DNA of 64,000 nucleotides from the human T2T-CHM13v2.0 reference genome, Homo sapiens. The stretch lies in assembly GCF_009914755.1 (NCBI RefSeq), contig NC_060940.1. One strand, written 5' to 3'. Below the pieces are notes generated by a model that saw only the letters and a list, made by a program, of their open reading frames with translations, did no database searches and was not told the origin of the DNA. A program made the translations under genes and the position numbers. Below are positions 44,001 to 60,100 of this stretch, in pieces (positions within the stretch are counted from its first letter, which is position 1; the number at the start of each line of letters is the position of its first letter).

Positions 44001-47000
44001 TCCATTCGATGATGATGGCATTCGATTCCTTTCAATCATTCCCTTTGATTCCATTCAAAGGTGATTTCATTCAAGTCCATTCGATAATTGCATTCGATTC
44101 CATTCTATGATGATTCCATTCGAGTCCATTTGATGATTCCATTCAATTCAAGTCAATGATGATTCCATTCGATTCCATTCGATGATTCCATTGGATTCCA
44201 TTCGATGATGATTCCATTCAAATCCATTCGATAATTCAATTCAAGTCCATTCGATGATGATTCCAATCGAATCCATTCAAAGATTCCATTCAGTTCCATT
44301 CGATGATAACCTTAGATTCCATTCGATGATTCCACTTGTTTCCATTTACGATGATTCCATTCGATTCCATGTGATGATTCCATTCAATTCTATTCAATGA
44401 TGTCTCCATTTGATTCCATTCGACCATGATTGCCTTTGCTTCCATTCAATGTTTCCATTCGGTTCCTTTTGATGATAATTCCGTTCGATTCCATTTGATG
44501 ATTCCATTTGATTCCATTGGATGAGTCCATTCGATTACATTCGATGATTATTCCATTCGAGTGCATTAGATGATTCCATTCGAGTCCATTCGATGATTCC
44601 ATTCGATTCCATTCGATGTTGATTCTGTTCAAATCCATTCGATGATTCCACTCGATTCCATTCGATGACTCCATTTGATCCCATTCGATGATTTCCTGTG
44701 ATTCCCTTTGATGATCATTCCATTTGATTCAATTCGGTGATTTCATTTGATTCCATTCAGTGATGTTTCCATTCCACTCCATTCGATGATGATTCCATTC
44801 GACTCCATTCGATTATGATTTCATTCAATTCCATTCGATAATGATTCCCTTCAAGTCCATTCGATGATTCCATTCGATTCCATTCAACGATGATTTGATT
44901 CGTGTCCATTCGATGATTCCATTTGATTCCACTTGATGATGATTCCATTCGAGTCCATTTGATGATTCCATTCAATTCCATTCTCCGATGATTTCTTTTG
45001 AGCCCATTCAATGCTTCCACTCGATTCCATATGATGATGACTCCATTCGATTAAATTCGATGATGATTCCGTTCGCTTGCGTTCGATGATGATTCCACTT
45101 GAGTCCGTTAGAAGATTCTATTCAATTACATTCCATGACGATTCCGATCGAGTCCATTTGATGATTCCATTAGACTCCATTCGACGATGATTCCATTCGA
45201 TGTTATTCGATGATTCCATTCGATCTCATTCGATGATGATTCCATTCAACTCCATTCGATGTTTCCATTCGAGTTCATTCTATTATTCCATTAGATTCCA
45301 TTCGATGATGATTCCATTCGATTCCATTTGATGATTGCATTCTATTTCATTTGATGATGATTCCATTCGAGTCCACTCGATGATTCCATTCGAGTCCATT
45401 TAATGAATCCATTGGTTTCAATTCTATGATGATTACATTGGATTCCATTCGTTGATGATTTCATTCGGTTCCATTCAATGATGATTCCATTCAATTCCTT
45501 TCAATGTTTCCATTCAATTGCATACGATGATGCTTCCATTTGATTTGATTCGACAGTGAGCCATTCGATTCAATTCCATGATGAATCTATTTTATTCAAT
45601 TGGTTGACATTTCCATTCGATTCCATTCGATGATGATTCCCTTTGATTCCATTCAAAGATGATTCCATTCTAGCCCATTCAATCATTCCATTCGATTCTA
45701 TTCAATGATGATTCCATTCATGTCGATTTGGTGATTCCATTTGACTTCATTTGATGATGATTCCTTTCAAGTTCATTAGATGATTCCATTCGATTCCATT
45801 TGATGATGATCCCATTCGAGTCCATTCAGTGATTCCATTCGTTTCCATTCCATGATGATTCCATTCCATTCCATTCAATGATTCCATTCGATTCCGTTTG
45901 ATGATGATTTCATTCGAGTCCATTTGATGTTTCCATTCGTTTCCATTCCATGATGATTCCATTCCATTCCATTCAATGATTCCATTCGATTCCGTTTGGT
46001 GATGATTTCATTCGAGTCCATTTGATGATTCCATTTGATTCCATTCGATGATGATTCCATTCGAGTCCATTCGATGATTCTATTCGAATCCACTTGACGA
46101 TTTCTTTTGATTATAGTTGGTGATGATTCCATTGGAGTCCATTCAATGATTCCATTCGATTCCAATCGATGGTGATTCCATTAGAGTCCATTTAATGATT
46201 CCATTTGATTCCAGTCTCTGATGATTACATTCGAGTCCATACGATGATTCCACTCAATTCCATATGATGATGATTCCATTCGATTCCATTCGATGATTCC
46301 ATTCTATTCTAATCGATGATGATTCCATTCGATTCCATTCGATGATGATTGGATTCGATTCCATTTGATGATTTCATTTGATTCCATTCGTTAATGATTT
46401 CGATCAACTCCATTCGATGATTCCATTCGATTCCATTCGATAATGATTACATCCGAGTCCATTCGATGATTCCATTTGAGCCCGTTCGATAATTCCATTT
46501 GAGTCCAATCAATGATTCCATTCATTTCCATTCAATGATTCCATTCGAGTCCATTTGATCATTCTGGTAGGGTCCGTTCGATGTTGATTCCATTGGAGTG
46601 CATTCGATGATTCCATTCGAGTCCATTTTATGATTTGATTCGAGTCCTTTCGATGATTCCATTCGATTCCACTCGATGATGATTTCATTCGAGTCCATTC
46701 GACACTTCCAATCGATTCCATTTGATGTTTCCATTCGAGTCCAATTGATGATTCCATTCAATTCCATTCGATGATGATTCCGTACGATTCCATTCTGTGA
46801 TGATTCCATGTGATTGCATTCAATGATGATTCCTTTCGATTGCATTCGATTGTGATTCATTTCGTGTTCATTCTATGGTTCCACAGGTTTCCATTCGTGT
46901 CCATTCCATTATTCCATTCTATTCCATTTCATGATGATTCCATTCGATTCCATTCATTGGTGATTCCACTCAATTCCATTCAATGATTCCATTCCATTTC

Positions 47001-50000
47001 TTTCAACAATGATTCCATTAGGTTCTAATCGATGATCCACTTGATTCCATTTGATGACGATTCCATTCTTGCCATTCGATGATTCCATTTGATTCCATAT
47101 GATGATGATTCCATTCGATTCCATACGATGATGATTCCATTCGAGTCCATTCAATGGTGATTCCATTCCATTCCATTCCATGATTCCTTTTGATTCCATT
47201 CGATGATGATGGCATTCGATTCCTTTCAATCATTCCCTTTGATTCCATTCAAAGGTGATTTCATTCAAGTCCATTCGATAATTGCATTCGATTCCATTCT
47301 ATGATGATTCCATTCGAGTCCATTTGATGATTCCATTCAATTCAAGTCAATGATGATTCCATTCGATTCCATTCGATGATTCCATTGGATTCCATTCGAT
47401 GATGATTCCATTCAAATCCATTCGATAATTCAATTCAAGTCCATTCGATGATGATTCCAATCGAATCCATTCAAAGATTCCATTCAGTTCCATTCGATGA
47501 TAACCTTAGATTCCATTCGATGATTCCACTTGTTTCCATTTACGATGATTCCATTCGATTCCATGTGATGATTCCATTCAATTCTATTCAATGATGTCTC
47601 CATTTGATTCCATTCGACCATGATTGCCTTTGCTTCCATTCAATGTTTCCATTCGGTTCCTTTTGATGATAATTCCGTTCGATTCCATTTGATGATTCCA
47701 TTTGATTCCATTGGATGAGTCCATTCGATTACATTCGATGATTATTCCATTCGAGTGCATTAGATGATTCCATTCGAGTCCATTCGATGATTCCATTCGA
47801 TTCCATTCGATGTTGATTCTGTTCAAATCCATTCGATGATTCCACTCGATTCCATTCGATGACTCCATTTGATCCCATTCGATGATTTCCTGTGATTCCC
47901 TTTGATGATCATTCCATTTGATTCAATTCGGTGATTTCATTTGATTCCATTCAGTGATGTTTCCATTCCACTCCATTCGATGATGATTCCATTCGACTCC
48001 ATTCGATTATGATTTCATTCAATTCCATTCGATAATGATTCCCTTCAAGTCCATTCGATGATTCCATTCGATTCCATTCAACGATGATTTGATTCGTGTC
48101 CATTCGATGATTCCATTTGATTCCACTTGATGATGATTCCATTCGAGTCCATTTGATGATTCCATTCAATTCCATTCTCCGATGATTTCTTTTGAGCCCA
48201 TTCAATGCTTCCACTCGATTCCATATGATGATGACTCCATTCGATTAAATTCGATGATGATTCCGTTCGCTTGCGTTCGATGATGATTCCACTTGAGTCC
48301 GTTAGAAGATTCTATTCAATTACATTCCATGACGATTCCGATCGAGTCCATTTGATGATTCCATTAGACTCCATTCGACGATGATTCCATTCGATGTTAT
48401 TCGATGATTCCATTCGATCTCATTCGATGATGATTCCATTCAACTCCATTCGATGTTTCCATTCGAGTTCATTCTATTATTCCATTAGATTCCATTCGAT
48501 GATGATTCCATTCGATTCCATTTGATGATTGCATTCTATTTCATTTGATGATGATTCCATTCGAGTCCACTCGATGATTCCATTCGAGTCCATTTAATGA
48601 ATCCATTGGTTTCAATTCTATGATGATTACATTGGATTCCATTCGTTGATGATTTCATTCGGTTCCATTCAATGATGATTCCATTCAATTCCTTTCAATG
48701 TTTCCATTCAATTGCATACGATGATGCTTCCATTTGATTTGATTCGACAGTGAGCCATTCGATTCAATTCCATGATGAATCTATTTTATTCAATTGGTTG
48801 ACATTTCCATTCGATTCCATTCGATGATGATTCCCTTTGATTCCATTCAAAGATGATTCCATTCTAGCCCATTCAATCATTCCATTCGATTCTATTCAAT
48901 GATGATTCCATTCATGTCGATTTGGTGATTCCATTTGACTTCATTTGATGATGATTCCTTTCAAGTTCATTAGATGATTCCATTCGATTCCATTTGATGA
49001 TGATCCCATTCGAGTCCATTCAGTGATTCCATTCGTTTCCATTCCATGATGATTCCATTCCATTCCATTCAATGATTCCATTCGATTCCGTTTGATGATG
49101 ATTTCATTCGAGTCCATTTGATGTTTCCATTCGTTTCCATTCCATGATGATTCCATTCCATTCCATTCAATGATTCCATTCGATTCCGTTTGGTGATGAT
49201 TTCATTCGAGTCCATTTGATGATTCCATTTGATTCCATTCAATGATGATTCCATTCGAGTCCATTCGATGATTCTATTCGAATCCACTTGACGATTTCTT
49301 TTGATTATAGTTGGTGATGATTCCATTGGAGTCCATTCAATGATTCCATTCGATTCCAATCGATGGTGATTCCATTAGAGTCCATTTAATGATTCCATTT
49401 GATTCCAGTCTCTGATGATTACATTCGAGTCCATACGATGATTCCACTCAATTCCATATGATGATGATTCCATTCGATTCCATTCGATGATTCCATTCTA
49501 TTCTAATCGATGATGATTCCATTCGATTCCATTCGATGATGATTGGATTCGATTCCATTTGATGATTTCATTTGATTCCATTCGTTAATGATTTCGATCA
49601 ACTCCATTCGATGATTCCATTCGATTCCATTCAATAATGATTACATCCGAGTCCATTCGATGATTCCATTTGAGCCCGTTCGATAATTCCATTTGAGTCC
49701 AATCAATGATTCCATTCATTTCCATTCAATGATTCCATTCGAGTCCATTTGATCATTCTGGTAGGGTCCGTTCGATGTTGATTCCATTGGAGTGCATTCG
49801 ATGATTCCATTCGAGTCCATTTTATGATTTGATTCGAGTCCTTTCGATGATTCCATTCGATTCCACTCGATGATGATTTCATTCGAGTCCATTCGACACT
49901 TCCAATCGATTCCATTTGATGTTTCCATTCGAGTCCAATTGATGATTCCATTCAATTCCATTCGATGATGATTCCGTACGATTCCATTCTGTGATGATTC

Positions 50001-53000
50001 CATGTGATTGCATTCAATGATGATTCCTTTCGATTGCATTCGATTGTGATTCATTTCGTGTTCATTCTATGGTTCCACAGGTTTCCATTCGTGTCCATTC
50101 CATTATTCCATTCTATTCCATTTCATGATGATTCCATTCGATTCCATTCATTGGTGATTCCACTCAATTCCATTCAATGATTCCATTCCATTTCTTTCAA
50201 CAATGATTCCATTAGGTTCTAATCGATGATCCACTTGATTCCATTTGATGACGATTCCATTCTTGCCATTCGATGATTCCATTTGATTCCATATGATGAT
50301 GATTCCATTCGATTCCATACGATGATGATTCCATTCGAGTCCATTCAATGGTGATTCCATTCCATTCCATTCCATGATTCCTTTTGATTCCATTCGATGA
50401 TGATGGCATTCGATTCCTTTCAATCATTCCCTTTGATTCCATTCAAAGGTGATTTCATTCAAGTCCATTCGATAATTGCATTCGATTCCATTCTATGATG
50501 ATTCCATTCGAGTCCATTTGATGATTCCATTCAATTCAAGTCAATGATGATTCCATTCGATTCCATTCGATGATTCCATTGGATTCCATTCGATGATGAT
50601 TCCATTCAAATCCATTCGATAATTCAATTCAAGTCCATTCGATGATGATTCCAATCGAATCCATTCAAAGATTCCATTCAGTTCCATTCGATGATAACCT
50701 TAGATTCCATTCGATGATTCCACTTGTTTCCATTTACGATGATTCCATTCGATTCCATGTGATGATTCCATTCAATTCTATTCAATGATGTCTCCATTTG
50801 ATTCCATTCGACCATGATTGCCTTTGCTTCCATTCAATGTTTCCATTCGGTTCCTTTTGATGATAATTCCGTTCGATTCCATTTGATGATTCCATTTGAT
50901 TCCATTGGATGAGTCCATTCGATTACATTCGATGATTATTCCATTCGAGTGCATTAGATGATTCCATTCGAGTCCATTCGATGATTCCATTCGATTCCAT
51001 TCGATGTTGATTCTGTTCAAATCCATTCGATGATTCCACTCGATTCCATTCGATGACTCCATTTGATCCCATTCGATGATTTCCTGTGATTCCCTTTGAT
51101 GATCATTCCATTTGATTCAATTCGGTGATTTCATTTGATTCCATTCAGTGATGTTTCCATTCCACTCCATTCGATGATGATTCCATTCGACTCCATTCGA
51201 TTATGATTTCATTCAATTCCATTCGATAATGATTCCCTTCAAGTCCATTCGATGATTCCATTCGATTCCATTCAACGATGATTTGATTCGTGTCCATTCG
51301 ATGATTCCATTTGATTCCACTTGATGATGATTCCATTCGAGTCCATTTGATGATTCCATTCAATTCCATTCTCCGATGATTTCTTTTGAGCCCATTCAAT
51401 GCTTCCACTCGATTCCATATGATGATGACTCCATTCGATTAAATTCGATGATGATTCCGTTCGCTTGCGTTCGATGATGATTCCACTTGAGTCCGTTAGA
51501 AGATTCTATTCAATTACATTCCATGACGATTCCGATCGAGTCCATTTGATGATTCCATTAGACTCCATTCGACGATGATTCCATTCGATGTTATTCGATG
51601 ATTCCATTCGATCTCATTCGATGATGATTCCATTCAACTCCATTCGATGTTTCCATTCGAGTTCATTCTATTATTCCATTAGATTCCATTCGATGATGAT
51701 TCCATTCGATTCCATTTGATGATTGCATTCTATTTCATTTGATGATGATTCCATTCGAGTCCACTCGATGATTCCATTCGAGTCCATTTAATGAATCCAT
51801 TGGTTTCAATTCTATGATGATTACATTGGATTCCATTCGTTGATGATTTCATTCGGTTCCATTCAATGATGATTCCATTCAATTCCTTTCAATGTTTCCA
51901 TTCAATTGCATACGATGATGCTTCCATTTGATTTGATTCGACAGTGAGCCATTCGATTCAATTCCATGATGAATCTATTTTATTCAATTGGTTGACATTT
52001 CCATTCGATTCCATTCGATGATGATTCCCTTTGATTCCATTCAAAGATGATTCCATTCTAGCCCATTCAATCATTCCATTCGATTCTATTCAATGATGAT
52101 TCCATTCATGTCGATTTGGTGATTCCATTTGACTTCATTTGATGATGATTCCTTTCAAGTTCATTAGATGATTCCATTCGATTCCATTTGATGATGATCC
52201 CATTCGAGTCCATTCAGTGATTCCATTCGTTTCCATTCCATGATGATTCCATTCCATTCCATTCAATGATTCCATTCGATTCCGTTTGATGATGATTTCA
52301 TTCGAGTCCATTTGATGTTTCCATTCGTTTCCATTCCATGATGATTCCATTCCATTCCATTCAATGATTCCATTCGATTCCGTTTGGTGATGATTTCATT
52401 CGAGTCCATTTGATGATTCCATTTGATTCCATTCAATGATGATTCCATTCGAGTCCATTCGATGATTCTATTCGAATCCACTTGACGATTTCTTTTGATT
52501 ATAGTTGGTGATGATTCCATTGGAGTCCATTCAATGATTCCATTCGATTCCAATCGATGGTGATTCCATTAGAGTCCATTTAATGATTCCATTTGATTCC
52601 AGTCTCTGATGATTACATTCGAGTCCATACGATGATTCCACTCAATTCCATATGATGATGATTCCATTCGATTCCATTCGATGATTCCATTCTATTCTAA
52701 TCGATGATGATTCCATTCGATTCCATTCGATGATGATTGGATTCGATTCCATTTGATGATTTCATTTGATTCCATTCGTTAATGATTTCGATCAACTCCA
52801 TTCGATGATTCCATTCGATTCCATTCAATAATGATTACATCCGAGTCCATTCGATGATTCCATTTGAGCCCGTTCGATAATTCCATTTGAGTCCAATCAA
52901 TGATTCCATTCATTTCCATTCAATGATTCCATTCGAGTCCATTTGATCATTCTGGTAGGGTCCGTTCGATGTTGATTCCATTGGAGTGCATTCGATGATT

Positions 53001-56000
53001 CCATTCGAGTCCATTTTATGATTTGATTCGAGTCCTTTCGATGATTCCATTCGATTCCACTCGATGATGATTTCATTCGAGTCCATTCGACACTTCCAAT
53101 CGATTCCATTTGATGTTTCCATTCGAGTCCAATTGATGATTCCATTCAATTCCATTCGATGATGATTCCGTACGATTCCATTCTGTGATGATTCCATGTG
53201 ATTGCATTCAATGATGATTCCTTTCGATTGCATTCGATTGTGATTCATTTCGTGTTCATTCTATGGTTCCACAGGTTTCCATTCGTGTCCATTCCATTAT
53301 TCCATTCTATTCCATTTCATGATGATTCCATTCGATTCCATTCATTGGTGATTCCACTCAATTCCATTCAATGATTCCATTCCATTTCTTTCAACAATGA
53401 TTCCATTAGGTTCTAATCGATGATCCACTTGATTCCATTTGATGACGATTCCATTCTTGCCATTCGATGATTCCATTTGATTCCATATGATGATGATTCC
53501 ATTCGATTCCATACGATGATGATTCCATTCGAGTCCATTCAATGGTGATTCCATTCCATTCCATTCCATGATTCCTTTTGATTCCATTCGATGATGATGG
53601 CATTCGATTCCTTTCAATCATTCCCTTTGATTCCATTCAAAGGTGATTTCATTCAAGTCCATTCGATAATTGCATTCGATTCCATTCTATGATGATTCCA
53701 TTCGAGTCCATTTGATGATTCCATTCAATTCAAGTCAATGATGATTCCATTCGATTCCATTCGATGATTCCATTGGATTCCATTCGATGATGATTCCATT
53801 CAAATCCATTCGATAATTCAATTCAAGTCCATTCGATGATGATTCCAATCGAATCCATTCAAAGATTCCATTCAGTTCCATTCGATGATAACCTTAGATT
53901 CCATTCGATGATTCCACTTGTTTCCATTTACGATGATTCCATTCGATTCCATGTGATGATTCCATTCAATTCTATTCAATGATGTCTCCATTTGATTCCA
54001 TTCGACCATGATTGCCTTTGCTTCCATTCAATGTTTCCATTCGGTTCCTTTTGATGATAATTCCGTTCGATTCCATTTGATGATTCCATTTGATTCCATT
54101 GGATGAGTCCATTCGATTACATTCGATGATTATTCCATTCGAGTGCATTAGATGATTCCATTCGAGTACATTCGATGATTCCATTCGATTCCATTCGATG
54201 TTGATTCTGTTCAAATCCATTCGATGATTCCACTCGATTCCATTCGATGACTCCATTTGATCCCATTCGATGATTTCCTGTGATTCCCTTTGATGATCAT
54301 TCCATTTGATTCAATTCGGTGATTTCATTTGATTCCATTCAGTGATGTTTCCATTCCACTCCATTCGATGATGATTCCATTCGACTCCATTCGATTATGA
54401 TTTCATTCAATTCCATTCGATAATGATTCCCTTCAAGTCCATTCGATGATTCCATTCGATTCCATTCAACGATGATTTGATTCGTGTCCATTCGATGATT
54501 CCATTTGATTCCACTTGATGATGATTCCATTCGAGTCCATTTGATGATTCCATTCAATTCCATTCTCCGATGATTTCTTTTGAGCCCATTCAATGCTTCC
54601 ACTCGATTCCATATGATGATGACTCCATTCGATTAAATTCGATGATGATTCCGTTCGCTTGCGTTCGATGATGATTCCACTTGAGTCCGTTAGAAGATTC
54701 TATTCAATTACATTCCATGACGATTCCGATCGAGTCCATTTGATGATTCCATTAGACTCCATTCGACGATGATTCCATTCGATGTTATTCGATGATTCCA
54801 TTCGATCTCATTCGATGATGATTCCATTCAACTCCATTCGATGTTTCCATTCGAGTTCATTCTATTATTCCATTAGATTCCATTCGATGATGATTCCATT
54901 CGATTCCATTTGATGATTGCATTCTATTTCATTTGATGATGATTCCATTCGAGTCCACTCGATGATTCCATTCGAGTCCATTTAATGAATCCATTGGTTT
55001 CAATTCTATGATGATTACATTGGATTCCATTCGTTGATGATTTCATTCGGTTCCATTCAATGATGATTCCATTCAATTCCTTTCAATGTTTCCATTCAAT
55101 TGCATACGATGATGCTTCCATTTGATTTGATTCGACAGTGAGCCATTCGATTCAATTCCATGATGAATCTATTTTATTCAATTGGTTGACATTTCCATTC
55201 GATTCCATTCGATGATGATTCCCTTTGATTCCATTCAAAGATGATTCCATTCTAGCCCATTCAATCATTCCATTCGATTCTATTCAATGATGATTCCATT
55301 CATGTCGATTTGGTGATTCCATTTGACTTCATTTGAAGATGATTCCTTTCAAGTTCATTAGATGATTCCATTCGATTCCATTTGATGATGATCCCATTCG
55401 AGTCCATTCAGTGATTCCATTCGTTTCCATTCCATGATGATTCCATTCCATTCCATTCAATGATTCCATTCGATTCCGTTTGATGATGATTTCATTCGAG
55501 TCCATTTGATGTTTCCATTCGTTTCCATTCCATGATGATTCCATTCCATTCCATTCAATGATTCCATTCGATTCCGTTTGGTGATGATTTCATTCGAGTC
55601 CATTTGATGATTCCATTTGATTCCATTCGATGATGATTCCATTCGAGTCCATTCGATGATTCTATTCGAATCCACTTGATGATTTCTTTTGATTATAGTT
55701 GGTGATGATTCCATTGGAGTCCATTCAATGATTCCATTCGATTCCAATCGATGGTGATTCCATTAGAGTCCATTTAATGATTCCATTTGATTCCAGTCTC
55801 TGATGATTCCATTCGAGTCCATACGATGATTCCACTCAATTCCATATGATGATGATTCCATTCGATTCCATTCGATGATTCCATTCTATTCTAATCGATG
55901 ATGATTCCATTCGATTCCATTCGATGATGATTGGATTCGATTCCATTTGATGATTTCATTTGATTCCATTCGTTAATGATTTCGATCAACTCCATTCGAT

Positions 56001-57164
56001 GATTCCATTCGATCCCATTCGATAATGATTACATCCGAGTCCATTCGATGATTCCATTTGAGCCCGTTCGATAATTCCATTTGAGTCCAATCAATGATTC
56101 CATTCATTTCCATTCAATGATTCCATTCGAGTCCATTTGATCATTCTGGTAGGGTCCGTTCGATGTTGATTCCATTGGAGTGCATTCGATGATTCCATTC
56201 GAGTCCATTTTATGATTTGATTCGAGTCCTTTCGATGATTCCATTCGATTCCACTCGATGATGATTTCATTCGAGTCCATTCGACACTTCCAATCGATTC
56301 CATTTGATGTTTCCATTCGAGTCCAATTGATGATTCCATTCAATTCCATTCGATGATGATTCCGTACGATTCCATTCTGTGATGATTCCATGTGATTGCA
56401 TTCAATGATGATTCCTTTCGATTGCATTCGATTGTGATTCATTTCGTGTTCATTCTATGGTTCCACAGGTTTCCATTCGTGTCCATTCCATTATTCCATT
56501 CTATTCCATTTCATGATGATTCCATTCGATTCCATTCATTGGTGATTCCACTCAATTCCATTCAATGATTCCATTCCATTTCTTTCAACAATGATTCCAT
56601 TAGGTTCTAATCGATGATCCACTTGATTCCATTTGATGACGATTCCATTCTTGCCATTCGATGATTCCATTTGATTCCATATGATGATGATTCCATTCGA
56701 TTCCATACGATGATGATTCCATTCGAGTCCATTCAATGGTGATTCCATTCCATTCCATTCCATGATTCCTTTTGATTCCATTCGATGATGATGGCATTCG
56801 ATTCCTTTCAATCATTCCCTTTGATTCCATTCAAAGGTGATTTCATTCAAGTCCATTCGATAATTGCATTCGATTCCATTCTATGATGATTCCATTCGAG
56901 TCCATTTGATGATTCCATTCAATTCAAGTCAATGATGATTCCATTCGATTCCATTCGATGATTCCATTGGATTCCATTCGATGATGATTCCATTCAAATC
57001 CATTCGATAATTCAATTCAAGTCCATTCGATGATGATTCCAATCGAATCCATTCAAAGATTCCATTCAGTTCCATTCGATGATAACCTTAGATTCCATTC
57101 GATGATTCCACTTGTTTCCATTTACGATGATTCCATTCGATTCCATGTGATGATTCCATTCAAT
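38001..57164 (+). repeat. Block 2: six tandem 3194-bp higher-order units (U11-U16)
   Basis: Unit starts 38001, 41195, 44389, 47583, 50777, 53971. Same landmarks and period as block 1. Confidence 0.97.
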
Positions 57165-60100
57165 TCTATTCAATGATGTCTCCATTTGATTCCATTCGAC
57201 CATGATTGCCTTTGCTTCCATTCAATGTTTCCATTCGGTTCCTTTTGATGATAATTCCGTTCGATTCCATTTGATGATTCCATTTGATTCCATTGGATGA
57301 GTCCATTCGATTACATTCGATGATTATTCCATTCGAGTGCATTAGATGATTCCATTCGAGTCCATTCGATGATTCCATTCGATTCCATTCGATGTTGATT
57401 CTGTTCAAATCCATTCGATGATTCCACTCGATTCCATTCGATGACTCCATTTGATCCCATTCGATGATTTCCTGTGATTCCCTTTGATGATCATTCCATT
57501 TGATTCAATTCGGTGATTTCATTTGATTCCATTCAGTGATGTTTCCATTCCACTCCATTCGATGATGATTCCATTCGACTCCATTCGATTATGATTTCAT
57601 TCAATTCCATTCGATAATGATTCCCTTCAAGTCCATTCGATGATTCCATTCGATTCCATTCAACGATGATTTGATTCGTGTCCATTCGATGATTCCATTT
57701 GATTCCACTTGATGATGATTCCATTCGAGTCCATTTGATGATTCCATTCAATTCCATTCTCCGATGATTTCTTTTGAGCCCATTCAATGCTTCCACTCGA
57801 TTCCATATGATGATGACTCCATTCGATTAAATTCGATGATGATTCCGTTCGCTTGCGTTAGATGATGATTCCACTTGAGTCTGTTAGAAGATTCTATTCA
57901 ATTACATTCCATGACGATTCCGATCGAGTCCATTTGATGATTCCATTAGACTCCATTCGACGATGATTCCATTCGATGTTATTCGATGATTCCATTCGAT
58001 CTCATTCGATGATGATTCCATTCAACTCCATTCGATGTTTCCATTCGAGTTCATTCTATTATTCCATTAGATTCCATTCGATGATGATTCCATTCGATTC
58101 CATTTGATGATTGCATTCTATTTCATTTGATGATGATTCCATTCGAGTCCACTCGATGATTCCATTCGAGTCCATTTAATGAATCCATTGGTTTCAATTC
58201 TATGATGATTACATTGGATTCCATTCGTTGATGATTTCATTCGGTTCCATTCAATGATGATTCCATTCAATTCCTTTCAATGTTTCCATTCAATTCCATA
58301 CGATGATGATTCCATTTGATTTGATTCGACAGTGAGCCATTCGATTCAATTCCATGATGATTCTATTTGATTCAATTGGTTGACATTTCCATTCGATTCC
58401 ATTCGATGATGATTCCCTTTGATTCCGTTCAAAGATGATTCCATTCTAGCCCATTCAATCATTCCATTCGATTCTATTCAATGATGATTCCATTCATGTC
58501 GATTTGGTGATTCCATTTGACTTCATTTGATGATGATTCCTTTCAAGTTCATTAGATGATTCCATTCGATTCCATTTGATGATGATCCCATTCGAGTCCA
58601 TTCAGTGATTCCATTCGTTTCCATTCCATGATGATTCCATTCCTTTCCATTCAATGATTCCATTCGATTCCGTTTGATGATGATTTCATTCGAGTCCATT
58701 TGATGATTCCATTTGATTCCATTCGATGATGGTTCCATTCGACTCCATTCGATGATTCTATTCGAATCCATTTGATGATTTCTTTTGATTATATTTGGTG
58801 ATGATTCCATTGGAGTCCATTCAATGATTCCATTCTATTCCAATCGATGATGATTCCATTAGAGTCCATTTAATGATTCCATTTGATTCCAGTCTCTGAT
58901 GATTACATTCGAGTCCATACGATGATTCCACTCAATTCCATATGATGATGATTCCATTTGATTCCATTCGGTGATTCCATTCTATTCTATTCAATGGTGA
59001 TTCCATTCGAGTACATTAGATGATTCCATTCGATTCCATTCAATGATGATTCTATTTGTGTCCCTTAGATGATTCCACATGATTCCATTAGATGATGATA
59101 CTATTTGAGCCCATCCAATGATTCCCTTCGATTCCATTCGATGAGGATTCCATTCGATTCAATTCATTGGTGATTCTATTCAATTCAATTCTTTGATTCC
59201 ATTCCATTCCATTCGACAATGATTCCATTCGATTTCTTTCGATGATTCCACTCGATTCCACTTGACATTGATTCCATTCGATTCCATTCAATGATTCCAT
59301 TTGATTCCAGTGGATGATGATTGCCATCGATTCCATTCGATCACTCCATTCTATTCCATTTGATGATGATTACATTCGATTCCATTTGATGATTCCATCT
59401 GATTCTATTCGAGGATTCCATTTGATTCCATTCGATGATGATTCCATTCGAGTCCATTCGATGATTTCATTCCAGTACATCCAATGATTCCATTCGAGTC
59501 CATTAGATGATTCCATTTGATTCCATTTGAAAATGATTCTACTAGAGTCCATTCAATGACTCCATTCGAGTCCATTCAACAATTCCATTCGACTCCATTC
59601 GATGATTCCATTCGATTCCATTTGATGGTTCCATTCGAGTCCATTTAATCATTACAGTCGTGTCCATTTGGTGATTCCACTGGATTTCTTTTGATAATGA
59701 TACCATTCAATTACATTTGATGATGATCCCATTCAACTTCATTTGATGATGATTCCATTAGAGTCCATTCGATGATTTCATTCGAGTCCCTTCATTGATT
59801 CCATCCGATTTCATTGGATGATGACTCCATTCGAGTCCATTCGATGATTCCACTCGATTCCATTAGATGACTCCATTGGAGTCCATTTGATTGTTCCATT
59901 CGATTCCATTCGATTCCTTTCGAAGATTATTCCATTTGAGTCCATTCAATGATGATTCCATTCCATTCCATTCGATGATTCCGTTTGATTCCATTCGATG
60001 ATTCCCTTCGATTCCTTTCTTTGATGATTCCATTCCATTCCATTCAATGATTCCATTCGAATCTATTCCATGATGATTCCTTTCGATTCCATTCGCTGAT

